Below, one piece after another: positions 50,392 to 59,922 of a DNA stretch of 64,000 nt. Under the pieces are notes generated by a model, which had not been told where the DNA came from, ran no database searches, and saw only the letters and a program-made list of their open reading frames with translations. Position 1 is the first letter of the stretch; every line of letters begins with the position of its first letter. The stretch covers positions 908 through 64,907 of the forward strand of contig JAJRZR010000067.1 in the NCBI GenBank assembly GCA_024275145.1. The letters are read 5' to 3'. The position numbers and the translations under genes are program-made. This DNA is from Deltaproteobacteria bacterium (GTDB lineage Bacteria > Desulfobacterota > Dissulfuribacteria > Dissulfuribacterales > QOAL01).

Positions 50392-51743
50392 CTCTTAAGC
50401 GCACTTGCCATCAGGATTGAACTTTCCACCGAAGGGGCAACCGGTATACCATTTAGTTCAAAGCCCTCAATGATCATCATATATTTGTCCTCATGGGGTA
50501 CATAGGCAATAAGGGGCTTGCCCTCGCGTCTGTATACCGCACTCAGCCTGGCACCGATATCCGCCGTTATCCCAGGCAGATAGGGAAGCAAGAGGAGCAA
50601 GATACAATCCACCTCTTCATTCCGACTAAGTTCTGCCACCGCCTCTACAAAATCGTCATCGACCGCACTTCCTGTAAGGTCTAACGGGTTAGCCAGGGAG
50701 GCGATCGATCTGATACTCGTAGAAAGCCTCTGCCTGATCCGTTCCCTGAGTTCGTTTGAAAACCCTGGCACTCCAAGCCCGAACTTGGAGCACAGGTCTA
50801 CAGCAAGGGCACCATGACCGCCGCTACCGGTAACTATGGCAATCTTCCCAATGATGGATTTCTGATAGCAGCTCAGGGCCTCACAAAATGCAACCAGTTC
50901 GGACTCACTTTTGGCCTCTATCACACCAAATTGGGAAAGGCAGGCGGAAAACACCGCGTAGTCCCCGGCCAACGCCGCGGTATGACTCGATACGGCTAGT
51001 GCTCCCCTGGAACTCTTGCCTGATTTGAGAACTATCACGGGCTTTGGACACCCCCAGGCCGCATGTACGAATCGTCTACCCTCGTTTTCTCCAAATCCCT
51101 CTATATAAAATACGATCACCCTGGTAGGCTCATGCCTGCCAAGGTAGTCTATAAGATCCGTCTCCCGGATAACTGCCTTGTTACCTATGCTTATACCAAT
51201 AGACAACCCAACGTCCTCTTCCGCAAACCGGAGCATTTGGTCCACCAACACGCCACCACTCTGGCTGACCAACGCCACGTTACCGACTTCGGGGCGTATA
51301 ATCCTCTCTGTGGGAAGGAAGAGGGTATCGACCCTGGAAGGGATGTATATGCCCAGGCAGTTGGGCCCCACGAATGGGAAACCGGCCCTCTTGGCCATGG
51401 AGGTACACTGTCTCTGAAGTTCGGCTCTGCCGGTTTCGGCGAATCCTCCTGATATTATCACGGCTCCACCGACCCTGGCGGCTATACATTGTTCCAAGAC
51501 CACCGGCACCACATCGGCCTTTACGGCTATCACCGCAAGGTCTACCCTTTCAGGGACATCGGATATAGCCTTGTATATCTTCTGTCCCATGTAGACACCG
51601 CCCTTGGGATTTACACCATAGATCCTTACCGGATATCGAAGAAGATTTTTGGAAAAAATAACATTTGCAGGATGGCGGTCATGGGTAAGCGAGACACCGA
51701 TCACCGCCATTGATTCAGGATAAAAAAGCGGATTAAAATCCAT
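50376..51743 (-). CDS. ADP-forming acyl/acetyl-CoA synthetase alpha subunit
   Basis: GPNCLG, SQSGG, GNKA, SHTAALAG (phospho-His), NPLDLTG. Confidence 0.88.
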   Translation of the reverse strand: MDFNPLFYPESMAVIGVSLTHDRHPANVIFSKNLLRYPVRIYGVNPKGGVYMGQKIYKAISDVPERVDLAVIAVKADVVPVVLEQCIAARVGGAVIISGGFAETGRAELQRQCTSMAKRAGFPFVGPNCLGIYIPSRVDTLFLPTERIIRPEVGNVALVSQSGGVLVDQMLRFAEEDVGLSIGISIGNKAVIRETDLIDYLGRHEPTRVIVFYIEGFGENEGRRFVHAAWGCPKPVIVLKSGKSSRGALAVSSHTAALAGDYAVFSACLSQFGVIEAKSESELVAFCEALSCYQKSIIGKIAIVTGSGGHGALAVDLCSKFGLGVPGFSNELRERIRQRLSTSIRSIASLANPLDLTGSAVDDDFVEAVAELSRNEEVDCILLLLLPYLPGITADIGARLSAVYRREGKPLIAYVPHEDKYMMIIEGFELNGIPVAPSVESSILMASALKRCQVC

Positions 51744-51806
51744 TCAACGACACCTGTACCCAATATTTCCAGTATTGGTTATGGTTCCAACCCTTTGGAA
51801 GATTGT

Positions 51807-52283
51807 TCAAACCGGTTCCACTGCCTGGCCCTTTGCCTTTACCACAAATACCGGTATCTCACTGTCAGAGGCAAGTATTTTTGAGGCGACAGATCCCAAT
51901 GGATAGGTAACGATGTTGGTACGGCCATGGGAGCCGATCACTATAAAATCAACTCGCTTCCCCTCGGCAATGCCGACGATCTCTGCCGCGGCATCCCTGC
52001 CCTCAAGCACCTCGGTAGTCACTTCGATTCCATGGCTGGATGCCTCCTTGGCTATGCGAGCCACAGCCTCCTTGGCCTCCTGCATCATCATCTCTGTCAA
52101 TTCTTCACGGGTCTGAGTGGAAATCTCCGCCATCTCGTTCATGGAAAGCTTCTTGTAGTCCTCTACCACACAAACGGCCAGGACCTGACATTTCAACTGG
52201 ACCGCAAGCCGAATCCCGTAGTTGGCGGCCTTCTCTGCTGTCCTGGACCCGTCAGTAGCCACAAGCATCCTTTTTAATACCAT
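51807..52283 (-). CDS. Universal stress protein
   Basis: LVATDGS, IVIGSHGRT, LGSVA, PVFVVK; GGGGAG RBS. Confidence 0.93.
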   Translation of the reverse strand: MVLKRMLVATDGSRTAEKAANYGIRLAVQLKCQVLAVCVVEDYKKLSMNEMAEISTQTREELTEMMMQEAKEAVARIAKEASSHGIEVTTEVLEGRDAAAEIVGIAEGKRVDFIVIGSHGRTNIVTYPLGSVASKILASDSEIPVFVVKAKGQAVEPV

Positions 52284-52379
52284 CTTTCTCCCCCTTTGTT
52301 AGGTCTATCGTGTATGCACCTGCCCTTATCTCCCTTTTTGTATCTAAGTCTTCATACGGCCCGTACGACGCCACAGCCT

Positions 52380-52427
52380 CAGGCATAAAAACACGGCTCA
52401 GGGACAAGGGTGTATTTTCACGGTCAA
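52380..52427 (-). repeat. Hairpin repeat family copy upstream of usp
   Basis: Minus strand reads TTGACCGTGAAAATACACCCTTGTCCCTGAGCCGTGTTTTTATGCCTG. Confidence 0.7.
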
Positions 52428-52608
52428 TTAAACCTTCATATTCAGCCCCTACCACGCCTGCCACCATGAATTCTGCAACATATGTAACAGGCAAGGTGTC
52501 TGATCGAGGATACGAAAAAACGACCACGTTATGATCCAGAAGTCTGACCACTGCCGGCATTCTTGTCAACAAGAGGTAGTTCCAACAAATAAAACCTGCG
52601 ACCTTAAA

Positions 52609-52746
52609 CCTGAATTATGCACTTCAAATGTTGAATAAATAGAATCGCGTTAAAATTACAAGATGTTATAAGCAAACAGCATCCTCTTCGGTTCATCCAA
52701 AAGGTGCATCAACTTCTCAACGAAATCATCCAACATTTGAAGCCGC
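52609..52746. mobile_element. MITE/IS-end remnant bounded by imperfect inverted repeats
   Basis: CTTCAAATGTTG (52622-52633) and CAACATTTGAAG (52731-52742). The left end recurs at 47051-47072. Confidence 0.5.
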
Positions 52747-52753
52747 AAGGGAT

Positions 52754-52848
52754 TGGCAATTTTGCCGAATTTGCTGCGTTGTAGAGCAATCGAAGTACAC
52801 AAGCACGTCTGCATGTCCTTCCGCCTTGCATCTTCGGCAAAATTGCCA
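52754..52848. repeat. 95-bp MITE-like element with perfect 16-bp terminal inverted repeats
   Basis: TGGCAATTTTGCCGAA ... TTCGGCAAAATTGCCA. Confidence 0.7.
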
Positions 52849-52900
52849 GCTGCATGATCCTGGTTAAAATCAACAAAAAGGCTTTGAACCCGGCGCGTGG

Positions 52901-52927
52901 AAAAATAAAAGGCCCTTTTCAGGGCCT
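52901..52927 (-). terminator. Probable intrinsic terminator after the hybrid kinase
   Basis: Minus strand AGGCCC-TGAAAA-GGGCCT-TTTATTTTT, about 20 bp past the stop at 52950. Confidence 0.6.
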
Positions 52928-52949
52928 GGGTGCACTACGCATGATTGCA

Positions 52950-54465
52950 TCAACTTACGGACTCTAAAGACCTGTCCGTTACATCTACGACATCATCGAC
53001 ATCCCCTGCATCCTGATCGGGGCCTGGCAGGCTGCCGCTTTTGGAGAAGGTAACCGTAAAAACGGCGAAATCACCATCCTGGCTGAAGGAAAGAAGCCCG
53101 CCCATGTTTTTGACCAATCTGAAGGAAAGGGGCAGGCCTATGCTTTGGCCTCCCTCGCCAAAGGGCAAGAATAGTTTTTCCGCCTTCTTGACCTTCCTTT
53201 TTTCCATACGGTTTTTAAATTCTATGCAGATGTTGCCATTGGTTTCGTAGGACCTTATATGCAGGGTACCACCTTCGTTAAGGGAGAATATGGCATTTCG
53301 TATGAGGTTGATGAAGACCTCGGTAAGCAGATCCGAATCCAATTCGATCCTTTTCATCCCCCTGTTGAGGTCTACATCCAACTTGATATGATGTTTTTCG
53401 ATTTCAGGGGATAACAGGACCAGGCTCCGTTTCAGGATGGAATTGAGGGAGAAGGTCTTTTTCCTGGGGATGGACGGGCGCAAGTAGTTGTTAATCCTCT
53501 GAACGAGCCTTTCCAGGCGCCCTGACTCGGTCAAGATTATGTCAAGTTCCTGGCAGGCCGGGAGCCTCTTTTTCAGCCGGTTGGCAAACCCCCCCTATGG
53601 ATATCAACGGATTCCTGATTTCATGCGCCACCTCAGCTGAAATGGTTCCCAAGGTCTTCAGCCTTTCGTTCTGGATGGCGGATTTTTCAAGCAAGACCCT
53701 GTCGGTTATGTCTACTGCCAGACCCTCGATGGACCGTTTTGCAGAATCAGGGAACCGGCTCTCGGTTATAGTCTTCAGCAGGGTATGGACGATGAACCCC
53801 TTTTTGTGGATGAGCCTGCATTCGGTAGAGAAGGGAACCGGAGTAGTGGATAACATCGCCCTTTTTATGAGCCTCTTTATCCTACGCCTGTCTTCAGGAT
53901 AGACCAGGGATAAAAAACCATGATCGAGGCCCTTTGCCTCATCGGGCGCATAACCAAGCATCCCCTGTGAAGCCTGATTGATAAATTCTAGCCTGCAATT
54001 TTTGCCAATCGAAAAGATCAAAACAGGCAGATTTTCGACCAAGAGTTCGTACCGGCTATCCGCCTCCCTGGCCCGTTCCTTGAGCGCCCTACGTTCCTCG
54101 AACCTCCTGAGGCAAAGCTTGAATTCATCCATTGAAAAGGGCTTTCTAAGATAGTCATATGCACCGATCTTCAAGGCCTGTACGGCATTTTCAAAGGTCC
54201 CGTATCCGGTGATAAAGGCTATCTCGAGCCTTGGCAGTTCACTCTTCAGGCGTTTGCCGAGTTCTATACCATCTATCTAAGGCAGGTGGATATCCACAAA
54301 GGCGAGATCAAATTCCTGATCATGGACGACCCTGAGGGCCTCCCTTGGATGGTGACATACGACGGGTTTGTAGGATTCTTGTTTCAGTACCTGTGACAGG
54401 GTATCGCAAAGCGATATGTCATCATCAACAATCAATATATAGCCGGCGTGTTTGGTAAAGAACAA
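52950..54465 (-). pseudogene. REC-PAS-HisKA-HATPase hybrid signalling protein, disrupted by a TAG (54277-54279) and a frameshift in a G7 run (53589-53595)
   Basis: LIVDDD..FVDIHLP*IDGIEL..ITGYG..YDYLRKP in one frame; then PAS and AHEIRNPLISIGG. Removing one G gives IGGFANRL..., joining ORF 52950-53534. Confidence 0.85.
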
Positions 54466-54697
54466 ATCTCAAATCCTTCATGCTCGGTATCTTCAGGCGT
54501 TGATCAGGGAAACAAACTGCCATGGAAGTACTGGGCGCACCTTGTCGGCCAAACAGATGAACAGGAACCTAACTATTCGAAATAAAAGCCTCTCTTCCCG
54601 AAACGACCCATCTCCTTAATGGCAAGATGTTAATTATACTTATAACAAATAGTTACTCAACGACCGAAGTCAAGTGATTAAAGTTATAGGTGAATAA

Positions 54698-54748
54698 TTT
54701 ACCGTAAAAAAAGCACGCCCTAGTCCTGGGTCGTATTTTCATGCCCTG
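54698..54748 (+). repeat. Hairpin repeat family copy upstream of glgB
   Basis: TTTACCGTAAAAAAAGCACGCCC-TAGTCCT-GGGTCGTATTTTCATGCCCTG. Confidence 0.68.
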
Positions 54749-55128
54749 TTAACATGGCATGGATTGACGCATGAAGGATTACCATATAAAATGGCTTACC
54801 TCTGGGCTATTCCAGGCCCTTTCCAAGGTTCCTCCCCAGGGCTTGCGGGGTTGATCCCTCTGCTCAATCCGCTGCGTTGCAGTCGGCTGACCTGGTAGTA
54901 GCACTGCTTACACACCATCTCGTTGTCCCTTGATCATAGCTTGTCCTTCCATGGCCTAAATTATATTCCTGGACTTGTTCGCTCCAGGGGGGTTTAATTA
55001 ATTTTTAGAACTAGGTAAACTTCCCATGATTCCTTTCCGGTCTGATCCAGGGGAATTCGGAACGTTTCTACAAAACAGCCCTTTGATCATGTATTTTCAA
55101 TTGACAAATTACGAAACAGGATGGATTC

Positions 55129-57336
55129 ATGAATGACAATGTCACCGACAACCTAGATCCTGAGTTTAGGAAGATTATAGAGGCACGGCATCACGATCCG
55201 TTCAGTGTACTCGGCAGGCATCAGGTGGGAGAGAATGTAGAGATCCGGGCGTTCATCCCCACGGCGCAAGAGGTCATGATCGTCTCAGGCGGACATAAAA
55301 TGGAACGTATCCCTGGAACGGATTTTTTCGTTTGGCAGGGTAAACCGGAAGGGATTCCCTACCATTACAGATTCATATGGCGTGACGAACAAAATCGTGA
55401 ACATATGGCCAGGGATCCCTACACCTTTAAGCCACAGCTTTCGGACTTCGATCTCTATCTATTCGGCCAGGGCAAGCACTGGAATGCCTACCGGTTCCTT
55501 GGCTCCCATTGCCATGAAGTGGATGGTATCGCCGGGGTCCTCTTCAGTGTATGGGCGCCCAATGCCGAAAGGGTAAGCGTGGTAGGGGACTTCAACAACT
55601 GGGACGGGCGACGTCATCCCATGAGACACCGCGGTACAACCGGGGTATGGGAGTTGTTCATACCCGATCTTGGGCCTGAAACCCTTTACAAATTTGAGAT
55701 AAGAAACCGGGAGACGGGTCAGGTATTCCTGAAATCCGACCCCTATGCCCAAAGATATGAGCTTCGTCCCAAGACCGCATCGATTGTATGGGCAGAAGGA
55801 ACCTACCAATGGCAGGACGATGAATGGATGGAGGCCAGGAAGGACTTTGACTGGCAACACAACCCCATTTCCATATATGAGGTCCACCTGGGTTCATGGA
55901 GAAGGGGCCCCGAGGGTGAATTCCTGGGTTACAGGGAACTGGCAGAGCAGCTCGTCCCATATGTCAAAAAGATGGGATTCACCCACGTGGAGCTTCTACC
56001 CGTAACGGAGCACCCATACGATCCATCCTGGGGATACCAGTCCACTGGCTATTTTGCCCCTACCAGCCGCTACGGTACCCCGGATGACTTCAGATACTTC
56101 GTTGACCAATGCCACAGAAACGGCATAGGGGTATTCCTTGACTGGGTTCCTGCCCACTTTCCAAAGGATGCCCATGGGCTCGCCAGGTTCGATGGAACCG
56201 CCCTTTATGAGTACGCAGATCCTAGGCTGGGGGAACACCAGGACTGGTCTACCCTGGTATATAATTTCGGAAGAAACGAAGTGAGGGCCTTTCTCCTTTC
56301 AAGCGCCATGTTCTGGCTGGAGGAATGTCATGTGGACGGTCTCAGGGTCGATGCAGTGGCATCGATGCTCTACCTGGATTATTCAAGGACTGAATGGATT
56401 CCCAATAAATACGGTGGAAGGGAAAATCTGGAGGCCATAGATTTTCTTCGTCAGCTAAACATAGCAGTCCATGAGGCACAACCAGGCATATTGATGATGG
56501 CAGAAGAATCCACATCCTGGCCACAGGTGAGTCGGCCGGTTTATCTTGGCGGGCTTGGCTTTGACATGAAATGGAACATGGGATGGATGAATGACGTACT
56601 GAGCTACATGTCACATGATCCTATCTACAGGAAGTACCATCACAATATGCTTACGTTCAGCATGTTGTACGCCTTCACGGAGAACTTCCTACTTCCCCTC
56701 TCCCATGACGAGGTAGTACATGGCAAGGGTTCCCTTTTAAACAAGATGCCCGGTGATGAATGGCAGAAATTTGCCAATCTCAGGCTGCTCTTCTCGTATA
56801 TGTACTGTCATCCAGGCAAAAAGCTTCTGTTTATGGGAGACGAATTCGGCCAAGGCAGGGAATGGGACAGTTCCCAGACCCTAGACTGGTATGTGTTACA
56901 GTACCCGTTCCATAAAGGCATCAATTGTCTGATAGGGGACCTCAATCGGCTGTACCAGCGCCTTGAGGCGCTCCACCGTTATGATTTCGAATGGAAGGGA
57001 TTTGAATGGATCGATTGCCACGATGCAGAACAATCCGTGCTCAGTTTCGTGAGGAAATCCGACAACAGGCTCGTGGTAGTGGCTACAAACTTCACACCTG
57101 TTCCCAGAAAGGGCTACAGGATAGGGGTACCTGAGGCAGGATCCTATTCTGAAATATTCAACTCCGACCTACAGATTTACGGAGGCAGTGGCATGGGCAA
57201 CCAGGATATGAGGATCGAGGCCGAGGCGCTACCCTGGATGGGGCGGCCATTCTCCCTTTCCGTTACCCTGCCTCCACTGGCCACGATCGTCCTGGAACCC
57301 GAAACGTTCAAGGCCACCCCGGATAATGTGGATTGA
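55129..57336 (+). CDS. glgB: 1,4-alpha-glucan branching enzyme
   Basis: [47 protein letters not shown]. Confidence 0.97.
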   Translation: MNDNVTDNLDPEFRKIIEARHHDPFSVLGRHQVGENVEIRAFIPTAQEVMIVSGGHKMERIPGTDFFVWQGKPEGIPYHYRFIWRDEQNREHMARDPYTFKPQLSDFDLYLFGQGKHWNAYRFLGSHCHEVDGIAGVLFSVWAPNAERVSVVGDFNNWDGRRHPMRHRGTTGVWELFIPDLGPETLYKFEIRNRETGQVFLKSDPYAQRYELRPKTASIVWAEGTYQWQDDEWMEARKDFDWQHNPISIYEVHLGSWRRGPEGEFLGYRELAEQLVPYVKKMGFTHVELLPVTEHPYDPSWGYQSTGYFAPTSRYGTPDDFRYFVDQCHRNGIGVFLDWVPAHFPKDAHGLARFDGTALYEYADPRLGEHQDWSTLVYNFGRNEVRAFLLSSAMFWLEECHVDGLRVDAVASMLYLDYSRTEWIPNKYGGRENLEAIDFLRQLNIAVHEAQPGILMMAEESTSWPQVSRPVYLGGLGFDMKWNMGWMNDVLSYMSHDPIYRKYHHNMLTFSMLYAFTENFLLPLSHDEVVHGKGSLLNKMPGDEWQKFANLRLLFSYMYCHPGKKLLFMGDEFGQGREWDSSQTLDWYVLQYPFHKGINCLIGDLNRLYQRLEALHRYDFEWKGFEWIDCHDAEQSVLSFVRKSDNRLVVVATNFTPVPRKGYRIGVPEAGSYSEIFNSDLQIYGGSGMGNQDMRIEAEALPWMGRPFSLSVTLPPLATIVLEPETFKATPDNVD

Positions 57337-57370
57337 TGACTGACGCATATGGCTGTGGTCTTGACATAGC

Positions 57371-57898
57371 ATGATGTCCCCAAGATATCGTTATATCCGG
57401 CTGGGTAGGGCTGTCTCATCCCTCTTGCCGGTCATGATACTCGCCGAGGCTGCCGTCTTTCCCGGAAGCGCCTTTGCCATCCAGGCCCACGGCGCATCGG
57501 AAGGGATCTTCGTGCACCTTGGAGGCCATGTATTGTTTGGACTTGCAATGGCCGGACTTGGTTATCGTATCCATGCAACAAGACTCCATGAAATAAGGGC
57601 ATGGAGACAGATGGCCTGTGGTGCATGGCTGCTCACTGCCTGGAACATATGGGCCATAGCGGGACATATCGTCTCGCTTTATATCCCAGCCAGCCATTTC
57701 ATACGCCTTGGAGGCAATATGGCACCTGACTTCCTGGTCGTCTCATGGCTGGACGTAGCCTATTACGTGTTGCGGATGGACCACATCCTGTGTGTTCCTG
57801 CCCTGTTCTGTTTTTATCTTGGGCTGAAAGACCTATTGAAAATCTTTCCTGGAACAGGCATTGTCAACCATGACCACCATACCTATCCACAGGGTTGA
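57371..57898 (+). CDS. Hypothetical His-containing membrane protein
   Basis: Signal-like N-terminus (AFA|IQAHG) and three hydrophobic segments bearing His; start uncertain. Confidence 0.72.
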   Translation: MMSPRYRYIRLGRAVSSLLPVMILAEAAVFPGSAFAIQAHGASEGIFVHLGGHVLFGLAMAGLGYRIHATRLHEIRAWRQMACGAWLLTAWNIWAIAGHIVSLYIPASHFIRLGGNMAPDFLVVSWLDVAYYVLRMDHILCVPALFCFYLGLKDLLKIFPGTGIVNHDHHTYPQG

Positions 57899-58057
57899 GG
57901 ATATGCCGGGGCCATTATCCTCAAGTATTCAGCCGGTCGGACCTGCAATAAGGTTGCCGTGAAAACACATCCTGCCACCGGACCGTGTTTTTTTCTGCCT
58001 CGGAACGCGGCATCAAGGGTACGGGCCGCATCAAGTCTTAGGTTGATTCGACAGACG

Positions 58058-59146
58058 ATGTTGTTGCCGCTCCTCCCGATATGGATAATAGATCTCTTGG
58101 GCGCCACGGCCATGATTGTCCTTTCGATAATGTGCCTGAGGATTGTACTTAGGATATACACACGCGATCCGGAAGATGCACTTGCATCCTATCTGCTTTG
58201 GTTCTTCCTGGGAATCCTGGCCTTTTCATTCTCAAGGCCCCTTGGTCACATACTGAAGTATTTCCTGTTTTTCACCGGGCATCAGGACGTGTGGATAAGG
58301 ATTTCGCCGATAAGTGGTTCAGTAAACACCATGGTATTCATCATGATCGCAGCCACTACCATGTTCTTCCACCGCATCCAAAAGACCATGTCACAGATGG
58401 CACGAGACAGGCAGCGCATAGAGAATACCAGCAGGGAGTTGTTGAAATTGAACGAGGATCTTGAGGACATCGTATCCCAAAGAACCATGGCCGAGATGGC
58501 GCTCCGGGTAGCGCACGAGATCAGGAACCCGGTAATGATAATCGGCGGCCTTATACGCCACATACTGAAGGAAGGACCTTGCTCCAGGAACAAGGATCCA
58601 AGGCTTCAGAAGATAATGGACCAGGCACAGAAGCTAGAATCCCTTGTCAGCAGGTTCGAAGATGTAAGGCCTGTATACAAACGTTTTGCCCCACAGGACC
58701 TTAATATCCTTGTCAAAGACTCGGTGGACGCGGTCAGGATAGAGGCAGAAAACAAAAACATCCGGCTTAGGTTTAGACGTTTTAAAAGCCCCCTGATCTT
58801 TCAGGGCAACGGCCGCCTGATCAAGATCGCCGTCATCCACCTGTTGAGGAATGCAGTAGATGCATGTAAAAGGGGATGCGAGATCAATGTGACCACCGGA
58901 CTGGCCCAAAAAGGCATCTTACTTAAGATAGAAGACAATGGTCCCGGTATCCCGGAGGACGTGCTAAAACATATATTTGAGGCCTTTGTTCGGACTGAAC
59001 AAGGAGAAACGGGGCTGGGGATCCCTTACGTGCGCCAAATAATAGAAGAACACCGTGGAAAGATCTCAATCAAGAGTGAAAAGGACAAGGGTACCATCGT
59101 GGAAATCCTGCTTCCCACCCATGTGGGTGCACTCCATTCCAGCTGA
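58058..59146 (+). CDS. Membrane sensor histidine kinase
   Basis: N-terminal TM region; VAHEIRNP, LLRNAVDA, DNGPGI, TGLG, KGT. Confidence 0.9.
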   Translation: MLLPLLPIWIIDLLGATAMIVLSIMCLRIVLRIYTRDPEDALASYLLWFFLGILAFSFSRPLGHILKYFLFFTGHQDVWIRISPISGSVNTMVFIMIAATTMFFHRIQKTMSQMARDRQRIENTSRELLKLNEDLEDIVSQRTMAEMALRVAHEIRNPVMIIGGLIRHILKEGPCSRNKDPRLQKIMDQAQKLESLVSRFEDVRPVYKRFAPQDLNILVKDSVDAVRIEAENKNIRLRFRRFKSPLIFQGNGRLIKIAVIHLLRNAVDACKRGCEINVTTGLAQKGILLKIEDNGPGIPEDVLKHIFEAFVRTEQGETGLGIPYVRQIIEEHRGKISIKSEKDKGTIVEILLPTHVGALHSS

Positions 59147-59178
59147 CCAACCATTGAAGGTACGACATCCGTGCCTGG

Positions 59179-59922
59179 TCATTCCCCACTCCATCTATCC
59201 TCTATCCATCTCGTCAACAATTCTATGTCCTTGATTATCAATTTACCCCGTTTCATGCCTAACAAACCCTGCCTCTTCAGATTCTGCATCTGCCTGTTCA
59301 CTACCACCCGCACCGTCCCTATGAGGCCAGCTATTTCCCGGTGGGGCAGGTCATGTATGAGCCGAAGCCCACCCTCCGAGGAACTGTCGGCATGTTTGAG
59401 GATCAACTTGGCCAGCCTAGTGCCCGTATCGCAAAGGGATAAATCGGTGGCAAGTTCCTCAAGTTCCCTCAATAGATGGCCAAGATAGGGGAAAAAGGCG
59501 TTGTTGATGGCTGGAATCTCCCTTACCCATTTCCTTGCAAGTTCCATTGGAACGGAGGCACATTCCACCTCCCTGTCAAGGCACCTGTAGAGCACCTCGT
59601 GGCGTTGGCCATCGAGCAGGGTTATCACATCAAAGGCGTCCCCTTGCCGCAAGAGAAACAAGGTGATCTCCTTGCCCACCACGGGATTCTGTTCATAGAC
59701 CTTTAGCCTGCCAGATACGATCATGTAAAAATGGCCCATTGTATCCAGCCTGGTAAGCGGATGATCATCCTCCCGGCTGAACCTCTCCAATTTCATGGAG
59801 GAGAGCAGGGAACGAAACTCTTTCTTGCGGAGTTTCGTAAACAATGGTGAGCGCTTGAGGGATTCCAAAGACGGATCGTACCCGGCTGTGTTTGAACCAG
59901 TCCTGTGGATCTTCAATGTCAT
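59179..59922 (-). CDS. Crp/Fnr family transcriptional regulator
   Basis: cNMP-fold segment (IVSGRLKV..GKEITL) and HTH PHREIAGLIGTVRVVVNR; no FNR-type Cys cluster. Confidence 0.9.
   Translation of the reverse strand: MTLKIHRTGSNTAGYDPSLESLKRSPLFTKLRKKEFRSLLSSMKLERFSREDDHPLTRLDTMGHFYMIVSGRLKVYEQNPVVGKEITLFLLRQGDAFDVITLLDGQRHEVLYRCLDREVECASVPMELARKWVREIPAINNAFFPYLGHLLRELEELATDLSLCDTGTRLAKLILKHADSSSEGGLRLIHDLPHREIAGLIGTVRVVVNRQMQNLKRQGLLGMKRGKLIIKDIELLTRWIEDRWSGE

Noticed and set aside
52252-52572. 106-aa ORF upstream of usp
   Set aside because: Runs through a hairpin repeat copy, overlaps the usp start and has no recognisable motif. Probably spurious, though not excluded.
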